Source: a virus
Reading direction: 5' to 3' (one strand)
Length of the DNA: 64,000 nt
IMG/VR virus record: IMGVR_UViG_3300045974_000132
Coordinates: 219,740 to 283,739 of that record
The notes under the pieces were generated by a model that worked only from the letters and a program-made list of their open reading frames with translations, had not been told where the DNA came from and did no database searches. Of this stretch, positions 16,989 to 26,660 are shown piece after piece. Numbering within the stretch: position 1 is the first letter of the stretch; every line of letters begins with the position of its first letter. The translations under genes were made by a program, and so were the position numbers.

Positions 16989-19367
16989 ATGCTTACCATC
17001 AGCGGATTAGACTTGAACGACGTTATCTCCTTCAAGAAAGTATCTGTAGACTTTAAAGAAGGCCTTACATATGTTCGAGGTATTAACAAAGACTCTGATC
17101 TAGCTCGCCCTACAGGTAACGGTACAGGTAAGTCATTGTTCTTCTCTGCAATACCTAATGTTGTCTATGCTGCACCTCCTCTTGCTTTACGTAAGAAGTC
17201 GCGTAAAGACTTGCTTGGGCGTAAGGGTAGTAACATCGGATTTATTCTTAGACCTAGTGCAGATAGTCCTGAGTATGAGATTATTCAGACAGGCAGCAAA
17301 TACACAATCTTTGAAGATGGAAAAGACTTAGAGGTAAATACAATTCCTCGATCTGAAGCTTTCATCAAGAAGCTATTCCCTATTTCTGAGATTGACTTCT
17401 ACAGTAGGTGCTATGTATCAACACAGAAGCCCTACGCTTTACTGCGTGATTCTGATTCCGATCGGCTTCAGCATATAATTGATATTGCTCTCCTAGATCA
17501 GTATAGCGACCTGCAAAAGTTCTTCTCCTTGAAAGCAAGTGCAATTAAGGATAATGAAATTAGGCTGTCAGTGCTGGAGCAGCAACTAGCAGGTGTTAAG
17601 AAGAAACTTCGTGAGTCTAAGTCTGACATTACGAAGGTAGAGTATCGCAAGTTGAAGACCCAGTATGATGGGTATGCTGAGAAAATTGAAAAGCTCCAAT
17701 CTAATAAGTTTAAGCTACTCACCCAACAACAAGCTCTCCAGTCATTGCTTACTGTCGAGAAAGAGTTGGACGAACTTCGTAGCAAATACACCTTTAAAGC
17801 ACCGCCTTCTAAACAGTTGAAAGCTTTACGTGCAGATAAAGATGCAGCTAGTGAATGGGAAACTTATGTTGCAGAAGTAGCTAAGGCTTCTAAGTCCCAG
17901 CAACGCTTACGCCTTGCAATAAAGAAGATTGAAAAATCTCTGCCGGAAGAGGCTACCGAGGGCTTGAGCAAACGTGCTAAGACCTTGAACAAAGAATTGA
18001 ATACCGTGACTTCCGAAATTGCTAAAATGGAAGGCATTGAAACGCAAGTTGAAGAACTGCGTGAGGAACAAACAAGCTTACAAGAAGAGTTCGATGGGCT
18101 TGAAGTAGATGAAAGTAAAGTAGTCCTTGAGAAGGACTACGGTGAGTTTATTGCTGAGGCAAAGATTCGTCTAAAGTTGGAGGCTTTGTTAGAGCATGAA
18201 GATAGCCATGCTTCATCCGGGACTTGCCCTACTTGCCAAGCTGAGATTGACTATGACGCCATTCGGAGTATTGTTAGAGGTGAACGTAAGGCTTTAAACA
18301 TTGCTGTAAAGAACAAGAAGGCTCAGCAATGTTTAATCGCTCTTAAGGATGTTAAACGGAAACTTGCAAAGCTTTCCTTTGATGCCCCTGAACTTAAAGC
18401 ACTCCGCACTAAAAAGAAGCAACTCGCAAAGGATGTTGAGACCGTTGAAGAGAACTTGGATAAGTTTGAGGAGTTGTCTTCCCTTCGCAATCAACTACGC
18501 GCAATTGAAATACCGGTTGAACCCGAGTGCGAGAAGCCTGCCCTAGATTTATCCGATATTGAAGAGGGCATTGATCTTTGCCATGAGATTGAAAAACATC
18601 TAAAGGCTAAGGCTGCAATCATTGAAAATCATTCCGACTTTGAATCCTTTCGTAGTGCCAAGGCTGTTTCTACGGAGAATACAAAGGTAGGAGAACAGAT
18701 AGCAAAGATTTCCAAGGAGATACGTACCCTAGAATCTGCTCAGGCTGACTGTGCCGGTAAGGTTTCTTCCTATGAGCAATATGCCAATACTGTAAAAATA
18801 TATCAAGGGGAGCAAGAAACTACCCAAGCTGAGATTGATAAGCTCCGTCCTTCCGTGGATGATAAGAAGCTAGTTACAATCCTTAGCAAAGCTTACGGCA
18901 CTAAAGGCTTGCGGGCTTATGCTGCAAATGCCTTTTGCAACCTCTTGCAAACCAACTTAAATCACTATCGGGATTTGATCTTTGCAGAGCCCTTTGAATT
19001 TAGTGTAGAGGCATCGGATTCGGGCGTTTCTATAATGGTTGATCGTAATAACGGTAAGCCGGATGCTGTATCAGATGTACGCCATTTATCGGGTGCAGAG
19101 TCTGAGTGTTTTGCTCTGCTTTGCGCTGCCTCACTGATAACACTGACGCCTGATAGTCGCAAGTTAAATATGATCGTGCTGGATGAGCCTACCTCACACA
19201 TGCACCAAGTTACACGGGAACTTTTTAATCAGAAGTTCGTACCGTTTCTACGTGAGCTAGTTCCTTCTATCTTTATTATTACACCGCACGACGATGACTG
19301 TAGCCCCAATAGTGCTGAATGGGTCGTCGAAAAGAGCAAAGGTGTATCACGACTAATTCAAATGTGA
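16989..19367 (+). CDS. Rad50/SbcC-like recombination ATPase
   Basis: Walker A PTGNGTGKS, long coiled-coil, zinc-hook CPTC, signature LSGAES, Walker B/D-loop MIVLDEPT...H. Confidence 0.8.
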   Translation: MLTISGLDLNDVISFKKVSVDFKEGLTYVRGINKDSDLARPTGNGTGKSLFFSAIPNVVYAAPPLALRKKSRKDLLGRKGSNIGFILRPSADSPEYEIIQTGSKYTIFEDGKDLEVNTIPRSEAFIKKLFPISEIDFYSRCYVSTQKPYALLRDSDSDRLQHIIDIALLDQYSDLQKFFSLKASAIKDNEIRLSVLEQQLAGVKKKLRESKSDITKVEYRKLKTQYDGYAEKIEKLQSNKFKLLTQQQALQSLLTVEKELDELRSKYTFKAPPSKQLKALRADKDAASEWETYVAEVAKASKSQQRLRLAIKKIEKSLPEEATEGLSKRAKTLNKELNTVTSEIAKMEGIETQVEELREEQTSLQEEFDGLEVDESKVVLEKDYGEFIAEAKIRLKLEALLEHEDSHASSGTCPTCQAEIDYDAIRSIVRGERKALNIAVKNKKAQQCLIALKDVKRKLAKLSFDAPELKALRTKKKQLAKDVETVEENLDKFEELSSLRNQLRAIEIPVEPECEKPALDLSDIEEGIDLCHEIEKHLKAKAAIIENHSDFESFRSAKAVSTENTKVGEQIAKISKEIRTLESAQADCAGKVSSYEQYANTVKIYQGEQETTQAEIDKLRPSVDDKKLVTILSKAYGTKGLRAYAANAFCNLLQTNLNHYRDLIFAEPFEFSVEASDSGVSIMVDRNNGKPDAVSDVRHLSGAESECFALLCAASLITLTPDSRKLNMIVLDEPTSHMHQVTRELFNQKFVPFLRELVPSIFIITPHDDDCSPNSAEWVVEKSKGVSRLIQM

Positions 19368-19374
19368 GAATCAA

Positions 19375-20199
19375 ATGGTCAGAGTATTCGGTGTTGCAAA
19401 TCATTCGCCTGAAGCAGTAATCCGCGCCTTAATTAAATTCAAACGTGCGGGAACTCCTGATATAGGTATTCTACCTGTTCAGAATATTCTGTCAATTAAG
19501 AAGCCCGTTAAGCACACCTTTCTTTTGTTCTTGACGGTAGCTGACTTGATGCGTAATTTGGAGGTATTAAATTCTCCTAAGTACGAAGGCTGTAGTGCTA
19601 TTGTATTTGCCAATCCTATGAAGCTACATGAATTGGTAGGATTGCAACCCTTAGACTTTGCACCTAATCCTGAGTTTAAAGGCTTCGGCTTTACTCTAAG
19701 AACTCTCGATATGAATAAGATTCGCACCTTCAAAGGTAGTGAGACTATTGAACGGCGTTCTGGTAAGTATCTTGCGAAGCTTGTTGAACATGTTCAGCAG
19801 GGTAGCTTACTAAATCCGTTTATGACTTTCATCTATACTCTACCTTCAGTAATGCAAGGGCCAACTAAGACAGCCGTACTTCGCTGGCTGTTTACTGGAA
19901 AGTCGGATACATATCTTACTAAAGCTCTTGACGGTATTGAGCAAGGGACAGTTACTGCGCGTGTTCGGACTAAGTTGAAAGACATACTTCTAACGGAAGT
20001 TGGTCGTTCTTTCCAAGTGGCTTTTAAAGCCTACAGGGAATCCAAGAAAGCAGGGAGCGTTAATATAACAAAACTGGCTAAAGCCCATAGCGTGTCTGAC
20101 TACGAAATGCGTTACATCCTTTCTGTTATTGAGAATGTTAAACGCTCTGATCTGTATGTGGACAGCTTCGATAAAGCCAAGAACAGAAAGCGAGCCTAA
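19375..20199 (+). CDS. hypothetical protein (no Mre11 phosphoesterase motifs)
   Basis: 274-aa ORF immediately after Rad50-like gene; lacks DxH/GDxxD/GNHE motifs. Confidence 0.45.
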   Translation: MVRVFGVANHSPEAVIRALIKFKRAGTPDIGILPVQNILSIKKPVKHTFLLFLTVADLMRNLEVLNSPKYEGCSAIVFANPMKLHELVGLQPLDFAPNPEFKGFGFTLRTLDMNKIRTFKGSETIERRSGKYLAKLVEHVQQGSLLNPFMTFIYTLPSVMQGPTKTAVLRWLFTGKSDTYLTKALDGIEQGTVTARVRTKLKDILLTEVGRSFQVAFKAYRESKKAGSVNITKLAKAHSVSDYEMRYILSVIENVKRSDLYVDSFDKAKNRKRA

Positions 20200-20201
20200 T
20201 C

Positions 20202-20645
20202 ATGTCCTCAGATGACACTGAGGTTTCCAGAATTCTGATAAATCTAGGTGGTGAATTTTCGCTAGGTGACGGACGGGTTGGTACAGTGGTAAGTTCCCCC
20301 GAATTGTCTGAGCTTAATTCATTCCTGGGTGTCCTTAAGGAATCACTGGAACCGACAAACGGTTTTGAAACGTTATTTGCAAAACTCGGTAAGAAGTTTC
20401 GTAAGCAAAAAGGAAGTATTCTTGAGATTCGGACTACTTCGGATGGGAAAGAACTCACCCATTCATTCAGTCTGTCTAATCAGGAAAATTTGACTTATGA
20501 AGAAACGGATGAATTGCTGACAAAAGCAGGGTGGTCTTTAGACTGCTGGCATCCGTTGGAAATCAGTTGTGCTGAAGGGACGGGATCAGTAGCTACAGGG
20601 CACGCAGCTAAACTCCTAATTAAACACCTTCAGCAAACCCTATGA
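20202..20645 (+). CDS. hypothetical protein
   Basis: 147-aa ORF. Confidence 0.4.
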   Translation: MSSDDTEVSRILINLGGEFSLGDGRVGTVVSSPELSELNSFLGVLKESLEPTNGFETLFAKLGKKFRKQKGSILEIRTTSDGKELTHSFSLSNQENLTYEETDELLTKAGWSLDCWHPLEISCAEGTGSVATGHAAKLLIKHLQQTL

Positions 20646-20690
20646 CAATCGTATTGCTAGAGGGTCTGAAAACTACGCAAAATCGAGGGC

Positions 20691-20719
20691 TTGACAAAGT
20701 TCTTGATTTATGCTATAAT
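20691..20719 (+). promoter_or_regulatory. sigma70 consensus promoter (TTGACA-17 bp-TATAAT)
   Basis: ttgaca at 20691-20696, 17-nt spacer, tataat at 20714-20719; followed by direct repeat gcgcgaag-ctgt-gcgcgaag. Confidence 0.6.
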
Positions 20720-20815
20720 ACGTATACGCGCGAAGCTGTGCGCGAAGAATGATTATTGAATACTGCTCGAATGAGTATGAGCGTGTTTTGTCGAACCTGT
20801 ACGACGGAGCCAAAA

Positions 20816-21193
20816 ATGCAAGCCCAAGTCCAAAGCCTGATTAGTACCGTGAACCTTTCCTCAATCGTTCCCGAAGAAGATTGCACCCTCTGCACTCTTG
20901 TAAGCCTGCTCAAGCAGGTTGAACTGTCTGACGAAGTAGATCAAGCCGAAATCTTTGAAGAGGACGGCTGCCGCTACCTTACGAACGGCCAGTTCGATGA
21001 AATCCCTCCTTTGATTCAACGCATTCTTTCTCTTGCAGATGACCTCCTCATTACGAGTGACGGTGGTTGCAACTATGCTTCCCATAGCTACCTTCGTGGC
21101 TTTGGCTTTAACGTCACGCCTGGTGAGAAAGATTCGTTCGGGTGGCTCACAGGTTGTATTCATACAAAGAAGGGTATCATCGTTTACGGCTAA
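20816..21193 (+). CDS. hypothetical protein (start chosen at ATG with GGAG RBS)
   Basis: ORF track starts at 20756 (TTG); ATG 20816 has ggagccaaaaATG. Confidence 0.35.
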   Translation: MQAQVQSLISTVNLSSIVPEEDCTLCTLVSLLKQVELSDEVDQAEIFEEDGCRYLTNGQFDEIPPLIQRILSLADDLLITSDGGCNYASHSYLRGFGFNVTPGEKDSFGWLTGCIHTKKGIIVYG

Positions 21194-21221
21194 GCATAAA
21201 CCTGTTTAGCCCATTTTATTT

Positions 21222-21233
21222 ATACGTCGAGGT
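21222..21233 (+). promoter_or_regulatory. conserved ATACGTCGAGGT element (copy 1)
   Basis: identical 12-mer also at 32572-32583, both ~8-10 nt before an ATG. Confidence 0.35.
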
Positions 21234-21238
21234 CAATC

Positions 21239-21541
21239 ATGGCTACCTTAAAGCAATTGCGTGAGTTATCCGCAAAAGCTCTTGCAAAGCATCACAGTTA
21301 TGAGCGCCGTATTAAAGCGCTCCTTGAAAAACGAAAAGAAACATGCCCTCACATCAAGACGCGCGTTGTTCGCCAAGACTATATGGAAGAAGGGCGTATG
21401 CGATCTCCTATAGAATGGGAAGAGCTTTTATGTTGTCGGTGTAAGAAGGTCCTTGCTACGCGCGGTGACAATGTAGTAAAAAGCGAATGGCAAGCTAAAG
21501 AAGGTATCAATCTTGAAGCCGTTCTAGTAAAGGGGACTTAG
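21239..21541 (+). CDS. hypothetical protein with Cys pairs
   Basis: 100-aa ORF; CPHIK ... CCRCKK possible zinc site. Confidence 0.4.
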   Translation: MATLKQLRELSAKALAKHHSYERRIKALLEKRKETCPHIKTRVVRQDYMEEGRMRSPIEWEELLCCRCKKVLATRGDNVVKSEWQAKEGINLEAVLVKGT

Positions 21542-21547
21542 CAAATT

Positions 21548-21694
21548 ATGAATAGTTTTTTGCGGTATCTTGTGTTGTACATCCTGTTAGCTGTGTATGG
21601 TGTTTACATAGGGGCTGAGATTTCTACTCTGATCCTCTCTTCCGTTGCACTAACAATTTTAATGGGTATGGCTCCTTCGAGCTTATCTATCTAG
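21548..21694 (+). CDS. small hydrophobic membrane peptide (48 aa)
   Basis: MNSFLRYLVLYILLAVYGVYIGAEISTLILSSVALTILMGMAPSSLSI; below ORF-track cutoff; fills otherwise empty gap. Confidence 0.3.
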   Translation: MNSFLRYLVLYILLAVYGVYIGAEISTLILSSVALTILMGMAPSSLSI

Positions 21695-21703
21695 GGAGCA
21701 GTA

Positions 21704-22183
21704 ATGATTTCGTTTTTCTTCTTTACTAAGAAAGCTGTTTACAAGCGGCAGCTTCTTCGCATTGATGTTGAAACCTCTTATCACAGTTTGAAAGATGCAA
21801 GCAAGCGCGTGTGCCCTGAAGTTCTTTTGTTTGCAGCAGCTGGCATATATGACCACGATGAAAAGCGGTGGCCTAAGTTCAACTACGATGCGTTGCCTAA
21901 TCCCAGACTTACTGAATCTGAAACACAAACGATTCTACCGGATGAAGTAAAGGTTGAAGTCGATCATACCTTCTTCAACATGATGGGTTTATGTTGGCAC
22001 ATCATTTCAGATGATCGCTTTCATCTTGACTTCCGAAACTGCTGCTCTAGGTTTTGTGAGTTCAATGCTTCATTGAAGATGGGCCAGTCTGCGGAGTGTG
22101 AGGCCCTGAAAGAGTTTTTGAAGAGCAGGTGTCATGGACAACTCCATGAAGAGTCTCTTGCTTATACGTATTTTCCGTTGTAG
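21704..22183 (+). CDS. hypothetical protein
   Basis: RBS agggagcagtaATG. Confidence 0.4.
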   Translation: MISFFFFTKKAVYKRQLLRIDVETSYHSLKDASKRVCPEVLLFAAAGIYDHDEKRWPKFNYDALPNPRLTESETQTILPDEVKVEVDHTFFNMMGLCWHIISDDRFHLDFRNCCSRFCEFNASLKMGQSAECEALKEFLKSRCHGQLHEESLAYTYFPL

Positions 22184-22204
22184 TTCAAAACCTGTAGTCA
22201 AATC

Positions 22205-23023
22205 GTGAGGGTAGCTAAAATGAGTTCAGTAGTTAATATAAATAGCGTCGCTGCTAAAGATGATCGGGTTCATATTGTCTGGAACCATCCCGAGAAGCTT
22301 AGTATCACTAGGACATTCATGCGACTGTACGGAAAGACGCTCAAGGGTATTGTTGTTTCCCAAGCACTGCGCGTTGTTCAGGATACGTGTGTTGCTGAAA
22401 ATACGCTGGCAGCACATCGTGTTCGTACAAGTATCCCAGGTGCAGCATCCTTTCCGTGGTTTGATAAATACGTCAAACTGGTTGAAGCTGAACAGCGGTC
22501 TGCTATCAAGCATCAAAATGCTGAAGAAGAAGACGCTCCGATGGAAGACATTGCAGAAGAAGAGGATGAGACGGGCGCTCCTCCTTATCAGCGAACTCTT
22601 GAAATCTTTCCTCGTCCCAAGATTCGCAACTTTGAACCTGCTTCTTATTCCAGCGTGAATGAATTCTATGAACGGAACGTTGAGTTCATTCAAGATAACG
22701 CAGGCCGTTTTACTATCGAACAAGCTTCCAGCATCGTTAAGCTACTGACGGGCAGCTTCGGTGCTTCGATACTTGGTAAGAAGTCTGGCCCTATAGTCGC
22801 ACTGGTTAGCAATAACAGTTACTTCCAATTCCTGGCAGACAGTAGCGAACAGTCTTGCAAACACATCGTTGTTGTTTCGGTTGAAGACATTAAGCACAAC
22901 AAGGATGTACTCAGCGAAGCTTCTGAAATCTTTTCTATCGAAAATGAAGGCCGTCAATTTGACTTTGACGTTACCCGTATTACTTTCGGTGGCTTCGTTA
23001 AGTTTCTAAAAGAAGGATGCTAA
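22205..23023 (+). CDS. hypothetical protein
   Basis: 272-aa ORF; antisense ORFs here judged spurious. Confidence 0.45.
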   Translation: MRVAKMSSVVNINSVAAKDDRVHIVWNHPEKLSITRTFMRLYGKTLKGIVVSQALRVVQDTCVAENTLAAHRVRTSIPGAASFPWFDKYVKLVEAEQRSAIKHQNAEEEDAPMEDIAEEEDETGAPPYQRTLEIFPRPKIRNFEPASYSSVNEFYERNVEFIQDNAGRFTIEQASSIVKLLTGSFGASILGKKSGPIVALVSNNSYFQFLADSSEQSCKHIVVVSVEDIKHNKDVLSEASEIFSIENEGRQFDFDVTRITFGGFVKFLKEGC

Positions 23024-23406
23024 CACGAAACCTATACAACGCCGTTATCAATATTAAGATAACGGCGTTGTCAAAGAACTACGATGCAGCCCGTAGTCTA
23101 GTTCGTAAGGTTGCAAGCAAAATTCGTGAGCAGAGTAGGAAGACAAAAAGAGGATTTGGAATTCCAAACTTCAGCCTCTCTTGTGCAATCTCTTCACTTC
23201 GTAAAGCAGAAAACTACGAAGGCCAGTATGATGCAAACTTGGTAGTAACTATATTGGTTGAAGAGGCGACTATTCACAAAGCAGAACTCTTTACAGGCTC
23301 TTCTTCAAAGCGTATTAAAGAGGAAGCAAGGAAGCACAAAAAAGAACTTGGGTTTACTCTGGTTTGTAAAGTCGCCAGCGTAAGTCATATAAAACGTTTG
23401 ATCTAA
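23017..23406 (+). CDS. hypothetical basic protein
   Basis: 129-aa ORF. Confidence 0.35.
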   Translation: MLTRNLYNAVINIKITALSKNYDAARSLVRKVASKIREQSRKTKRGFGIPNFSLSCAISSLRKAENYEGQYDANLVVTILVEEATIHKAELFTGSSSKRIKEEARKHKKELGFTLVCKVASVSHIKRLI

Positions 23407-23409
23407 AGG

Positions 23410-24312
23410 GTGGGTGAAATGTCTTCAATAGATGGTTCAAAAGTTTTTGAAACACGTTGGAACTGCAATGCGCTGTACGGAAAGTTTACTGGGCGCTTCT
23501 TGCTCCCTTTGCTTGATAGCACCCTTCTTGGCAACCTTCTGTGCGTCAAGGAAGACGTTTATGACTTTTACAATTTCTTTCCGCAAATTGCTAATCGTTT
23601 TCCTGAACCGTATCGGGATAAGATGGTCGCTGTGAAATATGGTTATGCTCCTGCTACTAAAGCAAACCTATTTACACTGCTGAAGCAATCAATCGAACTG
23701 GCCGCACTTTTTGATCTGCCCTTGTCTGTTGATGCTTTGAAGCAAGAAATACGAACTGCGATCTTGGGTAAGAATGTGTATGTTCGGTATATCAATGTGT
23801 ATAAGACTTCAGGAAGATGTGAAGCAACCCTTGTTCATCCGAAGCAGCTTGCCCGAGAGGCGCGTGAAGAAGCCGAGACTCTACGTCGGAATAAAAGCAT
23901 AACTGTTCATCTGTGCGATGACACTGTTCCTATTAAAGCACCTGTTGTGAAGCCTGATCCCGTTGTTGCTGCGGTAGTACCACCGAAAGTTGTTGAAGCT
24001 AAGCCTGAACCCAAAGCTGAGCCTGCTATTGCTGCTGAACCAGAAGATGAAGAGTACGCTCATATAAATACGAACTTGCCTTCGGTGTGCGGCTTCCCAG
24101 AAGCGGGTATGTCTGAAACGTTTTGCTTCTGCGGTGTTCCTGAATACGAGTATCAAGATCCGTATGACACGTTTGATACTGAGTTGCACAGCATACTTAG
24201 GCATATGCCTAAAGCAGGTTTGTTCTCGCGTACTTACTTATTAGGTGACGGTAAAGATTACATTCAACTGCCTGTTGTGTCTACCGTTGATCGTGATTGG
24301 TTGAAACATTGA
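23410..24312 (+). CDS. hypothetical protein with Pro/Ala/Val/Lys-rich linker
   Basis: 300-aa ORF; PVVKPDPVVAAVVPPKVVEAKPEPKAEPAIAAEPEDEE low-complexity region. Confidence 0.45.
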   Translation: MGEMSSIDGSKVFETRWNCNALYGKFTGRFLLPLLDSTLLGNLLCVKEDVYDFYNFFPQIANRFPEPYRDKMVAVKYGYAPATKANLFTLLKQSIELAALFDLPLSVDALKQEIRTAILGKNVYVRYINVYKTSGRCEATLVHPKQLAREAREEAETLRRNKSITVHLCDDTVPIKAPVVKPDPVVAAVVPPKVVEAKPEPKAEPAIAAEPEDEEYAHINTNLPSVCGFPEAGMSETFCFCGVPEYEYQDPYDTFDTELHSILRHMPKAGLFSRTYLLGDGKDYIQLPVVSTVDRDWLKH

Positions 24313-24328
24313 TAACGCGGGGAATGAA

Positions 24329-24643
24329 ATGCCTATCAATAAACTCAAAGGTGCTTCACAGATGGTTGCGAACATGCTCAAGCGTGACAACACGCCTGTT
24401 CGTACAGAAGCTGTTGAGGAACTCCTGAATGTTGTCGCTGATGTTGAGTCGGGTTATGCTAAAAGCCGTGAACGTGCTTTGACTCAAGCGCGTAAGGCCG
24501 ATGAACTTTCTGACATGCTTGAGAAGGTAACTAAGCTGTGGGAAGATCGCTTTCAAGCAGCTGGGTTGGAAGGCGTTACTTTTCATCCTGACATTGTTGC
24601 ATGTGTCAAGGACTCACGCTCTCTTTTGAATCGAAAGGGTTGA
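24329..24643 (+). CDS. hypothetical protein
   Basis: 104-aa ORF. Confidence 0.4.
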   Translation: MPINKLKGASQMVANMLKRDNTPVRTEAVEELLNVVADVESGYAKSRERALTQARKADELSDMLEKVTKLWEDRFQAAGLEGVTFHPDIVACVKDSRSLLNRKG

Positions 24644-24645
24644 AA

Positions 24646-25059
24646 ATGGATTTGTTTCTTTTAGTAAATGACCATGAGAAGAAGTATGCTTTTGCTCCTG
24701 CTCATTCTCAATTCAATCTGGGTGATACGTGGGTACCTACTTGGATTTCTGATTGCGCTGACTACGCAGGTACTTACTTACTTCCTTGTAAGGATATGCG
24801 CGATGAAGTACAACATTATGTAGCACCTGACTACGCAGAAGTACCGTTTCAAGAATTGGTTCCTACAATCGGTTGGGTGCTTCGTTCTGACTATCGTGTG
24901 TTCCTCAAGTTGTACAAAGAAACGTATGCTGCTACCCAACGTCGCGGTCAAGCTTTTCTGAATCACTTCAATGATCGCTTCCCTGATCCTTGGCCTGAAC
25001 TCTTCTACTGCGAAGATGACAACAAGGTGATGGCAATGCTTAACGATAAGGTGTTCTAA
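24646..25059 (+). CDS. hypothetical protein
   Basis: ATG 24646 with aaggg RBS; ORF track start 24601 overlaps upstream gene. Confidence 0.4.
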   Translation: MDLFLLVNDHEKKYAFAPAHSQFNLGDTWVPTWISDCADYAGTYLLPCKDMRDEVQHYVAPDYAEVPFQELVPTIGWVLRSDYRVFLKLYKETYAATQRRGQAFLNHFNDRFPDPWPELFYCEDDNKVMAMLNDKVF

Positions 25060-25060
25060 C

Positions 25061-25288
25061 ATGGCACGCATTAAACTTGTGAAACTCGACATCCCTTACA
25101 CTGTGCGCGAGACTACCGAAAAGAATTATACGGTGCAGCAAGCTCTTGAAGCTGCCAGTGTTCGTGTTAATGGCCGGCCGATTTGCCTTGATGCAATTAG
25201 ACGCCGTAGTCGTGATGAAAAGATCACGCTGGTCGAGTTGAACGAAATCGCTGATTCTGTTGTTGACGATACTCATTACTACGGGTGA
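25061..25288 (+). CDS. hypothetical protein
   Basis: 75-aa ORF. Confidence 0.4.
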   Translation: MARIKLVKLDIPYTVRETTEKNYTVQQALEAASVRVNGRPICLDAIRRRSRDEKITLVELNEIADSVVDDTHYYG

Positions 25289-25292
25289 CACT

Positions 25293-25640
25293 ATGTTTGC
25301 AAACCAGTTTGTTTCACTTACGAATGGGTTTACTGATCGACAACGAATTGCCGCCGAGCTACTAATTATCGGTGTAGCTTTTCAAAGAACCAATACAACT
25401 TGGCAAGTTATTTCAATCGAAGGTGACGATCTAGGTGTTATAAGCACCTTCGTTGTTTCTGAAACAGCTTGTATGTTAAAGAAATGCGGTTTGAAGTCTA
25501 ATGCCGCTAAGAAATTTTATATGGGCATGGACAAGCCTTATATAACTTTTGCTCACGATGACAAGCTTTCTAGTATTCCTGATGAAGTAGTTCGTGAAAT
25601 GCTTGATCGTCGCTTTCGCAACCCTGTTACCTTAATGTGA
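25293..25640 (+). CDS. hypothetical protein
   Basis: first ATG in ORF (track start 25260 is TTG). Confidence 0.4.
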   Translation: MFANQFVSLTNGFTDRQRIAAELLIIGVAFQRTNTTWQVISIEGDDLGVISTFVVSETACMLKKCGLKSNAAKKFYMGMDKPYITFAHDDKLSSIPDEVVREMLDRRFRNPVTLM

Positions 25641-25648
25641 GGTTGGTC

Positions 25649-26224
25649 ATGTACTCCTTCTCTAAGTTGTTAAATACGTTCCGTGTAGGTACTGCTGTGT
25701 GGTGCAGCAACAATGCAACGGTGTCTCGTTTGCTAGCCTGTGTAGCATTCAATCTTGCAACTGGCCGCTCTAACGAAAATCAAAATGTGGCTTACACCTA
25801 CTCGATGTTTAGCCGTAACACTGATTGTATGAAGTACATATTGGAAGGCTTGCAGTATCCGGAGTTCTACGAAGACGCAATGCGTATCTTGATTGAAGAT
25901 TCTGAAAAAGGGATTATCTGGAAACGTGAACTCCATCATGCTTTCAATTACTTTTCGATCTACTATGATCGACAGAGTAAATACACATGCCAGTCCATCA
26001 GTATTGACTTCAATCAGTCTGGCCCTCGGGTGTTTCTCCGTGAGAAAAAGATGCTTCGCTATTTCGAGGAATGTTGTCGTCTCCATGCTCAAGGTATGAT
26101 TGAAAACATCATTTACTTTGACACTGAAATGGATGAACTTGATTCAGCCCTAGACAGTATCTGCCTTGATGATCGTGAGTCAGACTATGATGAAGACCCT
26201 CACTACAACGGCTACCAAGATTAA
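25649..26224 (+). CDS. hypothetical protein
   Basis: ATG 25649 with GAGG RBS. Confidence 0.4.
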   Translation: MYSFSKLLNTFRVGTAVWCSNNATVSRLLACVAFNLATGRSNENQNVAYTYSMFSRNTDCMKYILEGLQYPEFYEDAMRILIEDSEKGIIWKRELHHAFNYFSIYYDRQSKYTCQSISIDFNQSGPRVFLREKKMLRYFEECCRLHAQGMIENIIYFDTEMDELDSALDSICLDDRESDYDEDPHYNGYQD

Positions 26225-26232
26225 GGACTAGC

Positions 26233-26442
26233 ATGTTCGATCTATTAATGTATGCGCTCATAGTATTTGCTATGTCCTTCATAAGTGACCAGATAATTGA
26301 AGCTCCTCACTTTGAAATAGCTGTCCTAAATTGCAAAGATCATGGCAGCTTAAAGTCACTTGAAGCTAGTTCCTACTTCGGCAAGAAAGCTTTTACTGCT
26401 CATTGTACTGACGGTACTAGCATTACGGAGAAAACAAAATGA
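26233..26442 (+). CDS. small protein with N-terminal TM helix
   Basis: MFDLLMYALIVFAMSFISDQII hydrophobic N-terminus. Confidence 0.35.
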   Translation: MFDLLMYALIVFAMSFISDQIIEAPHFEIAVLNCKDHGSLKSLEASSYFGKKAFTAHCTDGTSITEKTK

Positions 26443-26660
26443 AAGTAGGCGTCGTTACACGTAGGCTGGTTCTAAGTCCAAATCTTCACTACGATCCGGT
26501 TGTCAGTGCTGTGTTCGAGGATCCAAATGATCCCGAGATTGATGACTTGGAACATTACTTCAAGTCTCGCATGGACGATCATGCTAAGGAATTCGCAGCA
26601 AAGTTTGTTGAGTTCAAGGATGCTGAATGGCATCTTACTGTGATGGACACTTTGAAATGA
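26439..26660 (+). CDS. hypothetical protein
   Basis: 73-aa ORF ATGA-coupled. Confidence 0.4.
   Translation: MKVGVVTRRLVLSPNLHYDPVVSAVFEDPNDPEIDDLEHYFKSRMDDHAKEFAAKFVEFKDAEWHLTVMDTLK

Noticed and set aside
19375-20199. ORF downstream of Rad50-like gene considered as Mre11/SbcD
   Set aside because: It has none of the calcineurin-like phosphoesterase motifs (DxH, GDxxD, GNHE, GH).
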